Part shown: positions 62,762 to 64,000 of the stretch, in pieces
Position numbering within the stretch: position 1 is the stretch's first letter
Layout: each line of letters opens with the position of its first letter
Source of the DNA: Macrostomum hystrix
Lineage: Eukaryota > Animalia > Platyhelminthes
Assembly: GCA_950097015.1 (NCBI GenBank)
Contig: CATNEN010000003.1
Coordinates: 14,322,001 to 14,386,000, forward strand
Reading direction: 5' to 3'
Length of the DNA stretch: 64,000 nt
Program-made: the position numbers and the translations under genes
Notes under the pieces: model-generated
What the model saw: only the letters and a program-made list of their open reading frames with translations
The model's database searches: none
What the model was told of the DNA's origin: nothing

Positions 62762-64000
62762 ATGAATTTAGTTTTTAGGCGGCCACGTGAAGGTCAATCA
62801 AACTTTGAAACATTCCCAAACTTTCAGACGTGTCCAATCTTGCGCATCCAAGGCCGCAACCCGGACAAGATCGCCACCCTCTGTGACGACATCAAACAGA
62901 AGCCGTCGCAGCGCTATCGTGTCCAGGACATTCATCAGTTTTTACAATTGCGCGACTTCTTCTTCAACTTTCTGCCGCGCGAATTGAGCCAGCTGAATGT
63001 GAAAGCTCCCGAACAGCTAGTTGTAGACTTCGCCTCAGTTCTAGTTATCTATGGCGACTCGGATAGCTTTGAACGGGTAAATGCCCTGCTGCCTCAGTTG
63101 GCATTTACTAAATTGTGCCTCGGCCAGGATGCTTCAGCATCGTCGGATCCGGCTGGCTCGGATGATCCTGTTGAAGCCGCTAAGCGCCTGTGGGAGAGTC
63201 GGCTGACTCCGTGTCAGTGCAGTCCATTGAGCCTGTACGCTGTGCCCGGCAAATGGCAGTCTTATCCGTTGGTATCCGACACTCAGTGGGAGTTGAATCA
63301 GACTGGCACCATTATGTCTACCACTTTCAATGTCAAGGAGGTCAGGCAGCAGGCTAGGGCGGACTCTAATCAGTCGGCTAAAGATTCTACTATTGCTGTG
63401 CAGCAACCTGTCTCAACTGTGACTGCCTCCACGGTTGCCTACACTGTTAGTACGGCTGCTTTGGAACCGCTGGTGTTAGAACAGCCGCCTAGCATTCCAC
63501 CTCAGCAGCAGCAGCAGCAGCAGCACCATGTCACAGCCGAGCACTTTACTGGCTCGCCTATTATGACAGCCGCTGCTCCTACTTCGATTGCATCTCTGCA
63601 GGATGTGATGCCGCATCAGCAGCAGCAGCAATTGTCTATGGCCAACACTGGCGCTGTTCAGAGTCTCATGGAATCGAATCAGTATGCTCCATCAGTTGCG
63701 CCATCTTCAATGCTGCCAGCCGTGACGCATCCTGTTCAGCAGCAGCAGCAGATGCCGATCCAGTCCCAGTCTCAGATTCACCACCCTTCCCCACCACAGC
63801 CGCCTCAGCAGCAGCAGCAGCAGCAGTTGGGTGGTGCCGGCCCTAACAGAATGTACCCGAAGACAATGCCGCCACTGCCTCCGCAGTCTATGCAGCATCC
63901 GCCACCTCCGCTTCATCATAATAATCTTCAGCAACAGCAGCAGCAGCCACTGCCTCCTCAGCCTCCTCCGCAGGCCCTACCGCCGAATTCTTATTCTCAA
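62762..64000 (+). CDS. Gln/Pro-rich unknown protein, exon 3, runs off the window end (MNLVFRRPREGQSNFETFPNFQTCPILRIQG...PPNSYSQ)
   Basis: Stop-free frame of 413 codons, missed by the ORF track because it has no stop; ccatag| ending at 62761 is the nearby phase-0 acceptor. Confidence 0.8.
   Translation, partial: MNLVFRRPREGQSNFETFPNFQTCPILRIQGRNPDKIATLCDDIKQKPSQRYRVQDIHQFLQLRDFFFNFLPRELSQLNVKAPEQLVVDFASVLVIYGDSDSFERVNALLPQLAFTKLCLGQDASASSDPAGSDDPVEAAKRLWESRLTPCQCSPLSLYAVPGKWQSYPLVSDTQWELNQTGTIMSTTFNVKEVRQQARADSNQSAKDSTIAVQQPVSTVTASTVAYTVSTAALEPLVLEQPPSIPPQQQQQQQHHVTAEHFTGSPIMTAAAPTSIASLQDVMPHQQQQQLSMANTGAVQSLMESNQYAPSVAPSSMLPAVTHPVQQQQQMPIQSQSQIHHPSPPQPPQQQQQQQLGGAGPNRMYPKTMPPLPPQSMQHPPPPLHHNNLQQQQQQPLPPQPPPQALPPNSYSQ

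Overview
Eukaryotic, most likely invertebrate animal, genomic DNA with GT-AG introns and AT-rich non-coding sequence. The style resembles Macrostomum-type flatworms, but that is inference only. Three + strand spliced genes can be rebuilt by hand. (1) An approximately 28-exon PDZ - RGS-like(RH) - C1 - DH - PH Rho guanine-nucleotide exchange factor of the RhoGEF2/ARHGEF11/12 family (2982-37602), whose DH domain has lost the canonical catalytic motifs. (2) A 2-exon, 314-aa F-box protein with an N-myristoylation-type start (43109-44552), whose C-terminal domain resembles the plant PP2/Nictaba lectin domain. (3) A Gln/His/Pro-rich gene of unknown family (49211 to window end). About 27 kb (over 40%, my own sum) is tandem repeat: most larger introns hold their own unrelated 4-82 bp unit, usually close to an exon edge and often C-rich on the sense strand. 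Mobile elements: a hAT-Charlie MITE with MER58-like ends and an 8-bp TSD; a tRNA-derived SINE with a near-perfect 16-bp TSD carrying an HDV-ribozyme-like motif; a second CORE-like tRNA SINE plus a fragment of it; and a decayed Penelope-like GIY-YIG fragment with a hammerhead-like remnant. Most long ORFs in the supplied track are translations of repeats. Exon boundaries come from manual splice-phase matching, and family alignments are from memory; no database was searched.
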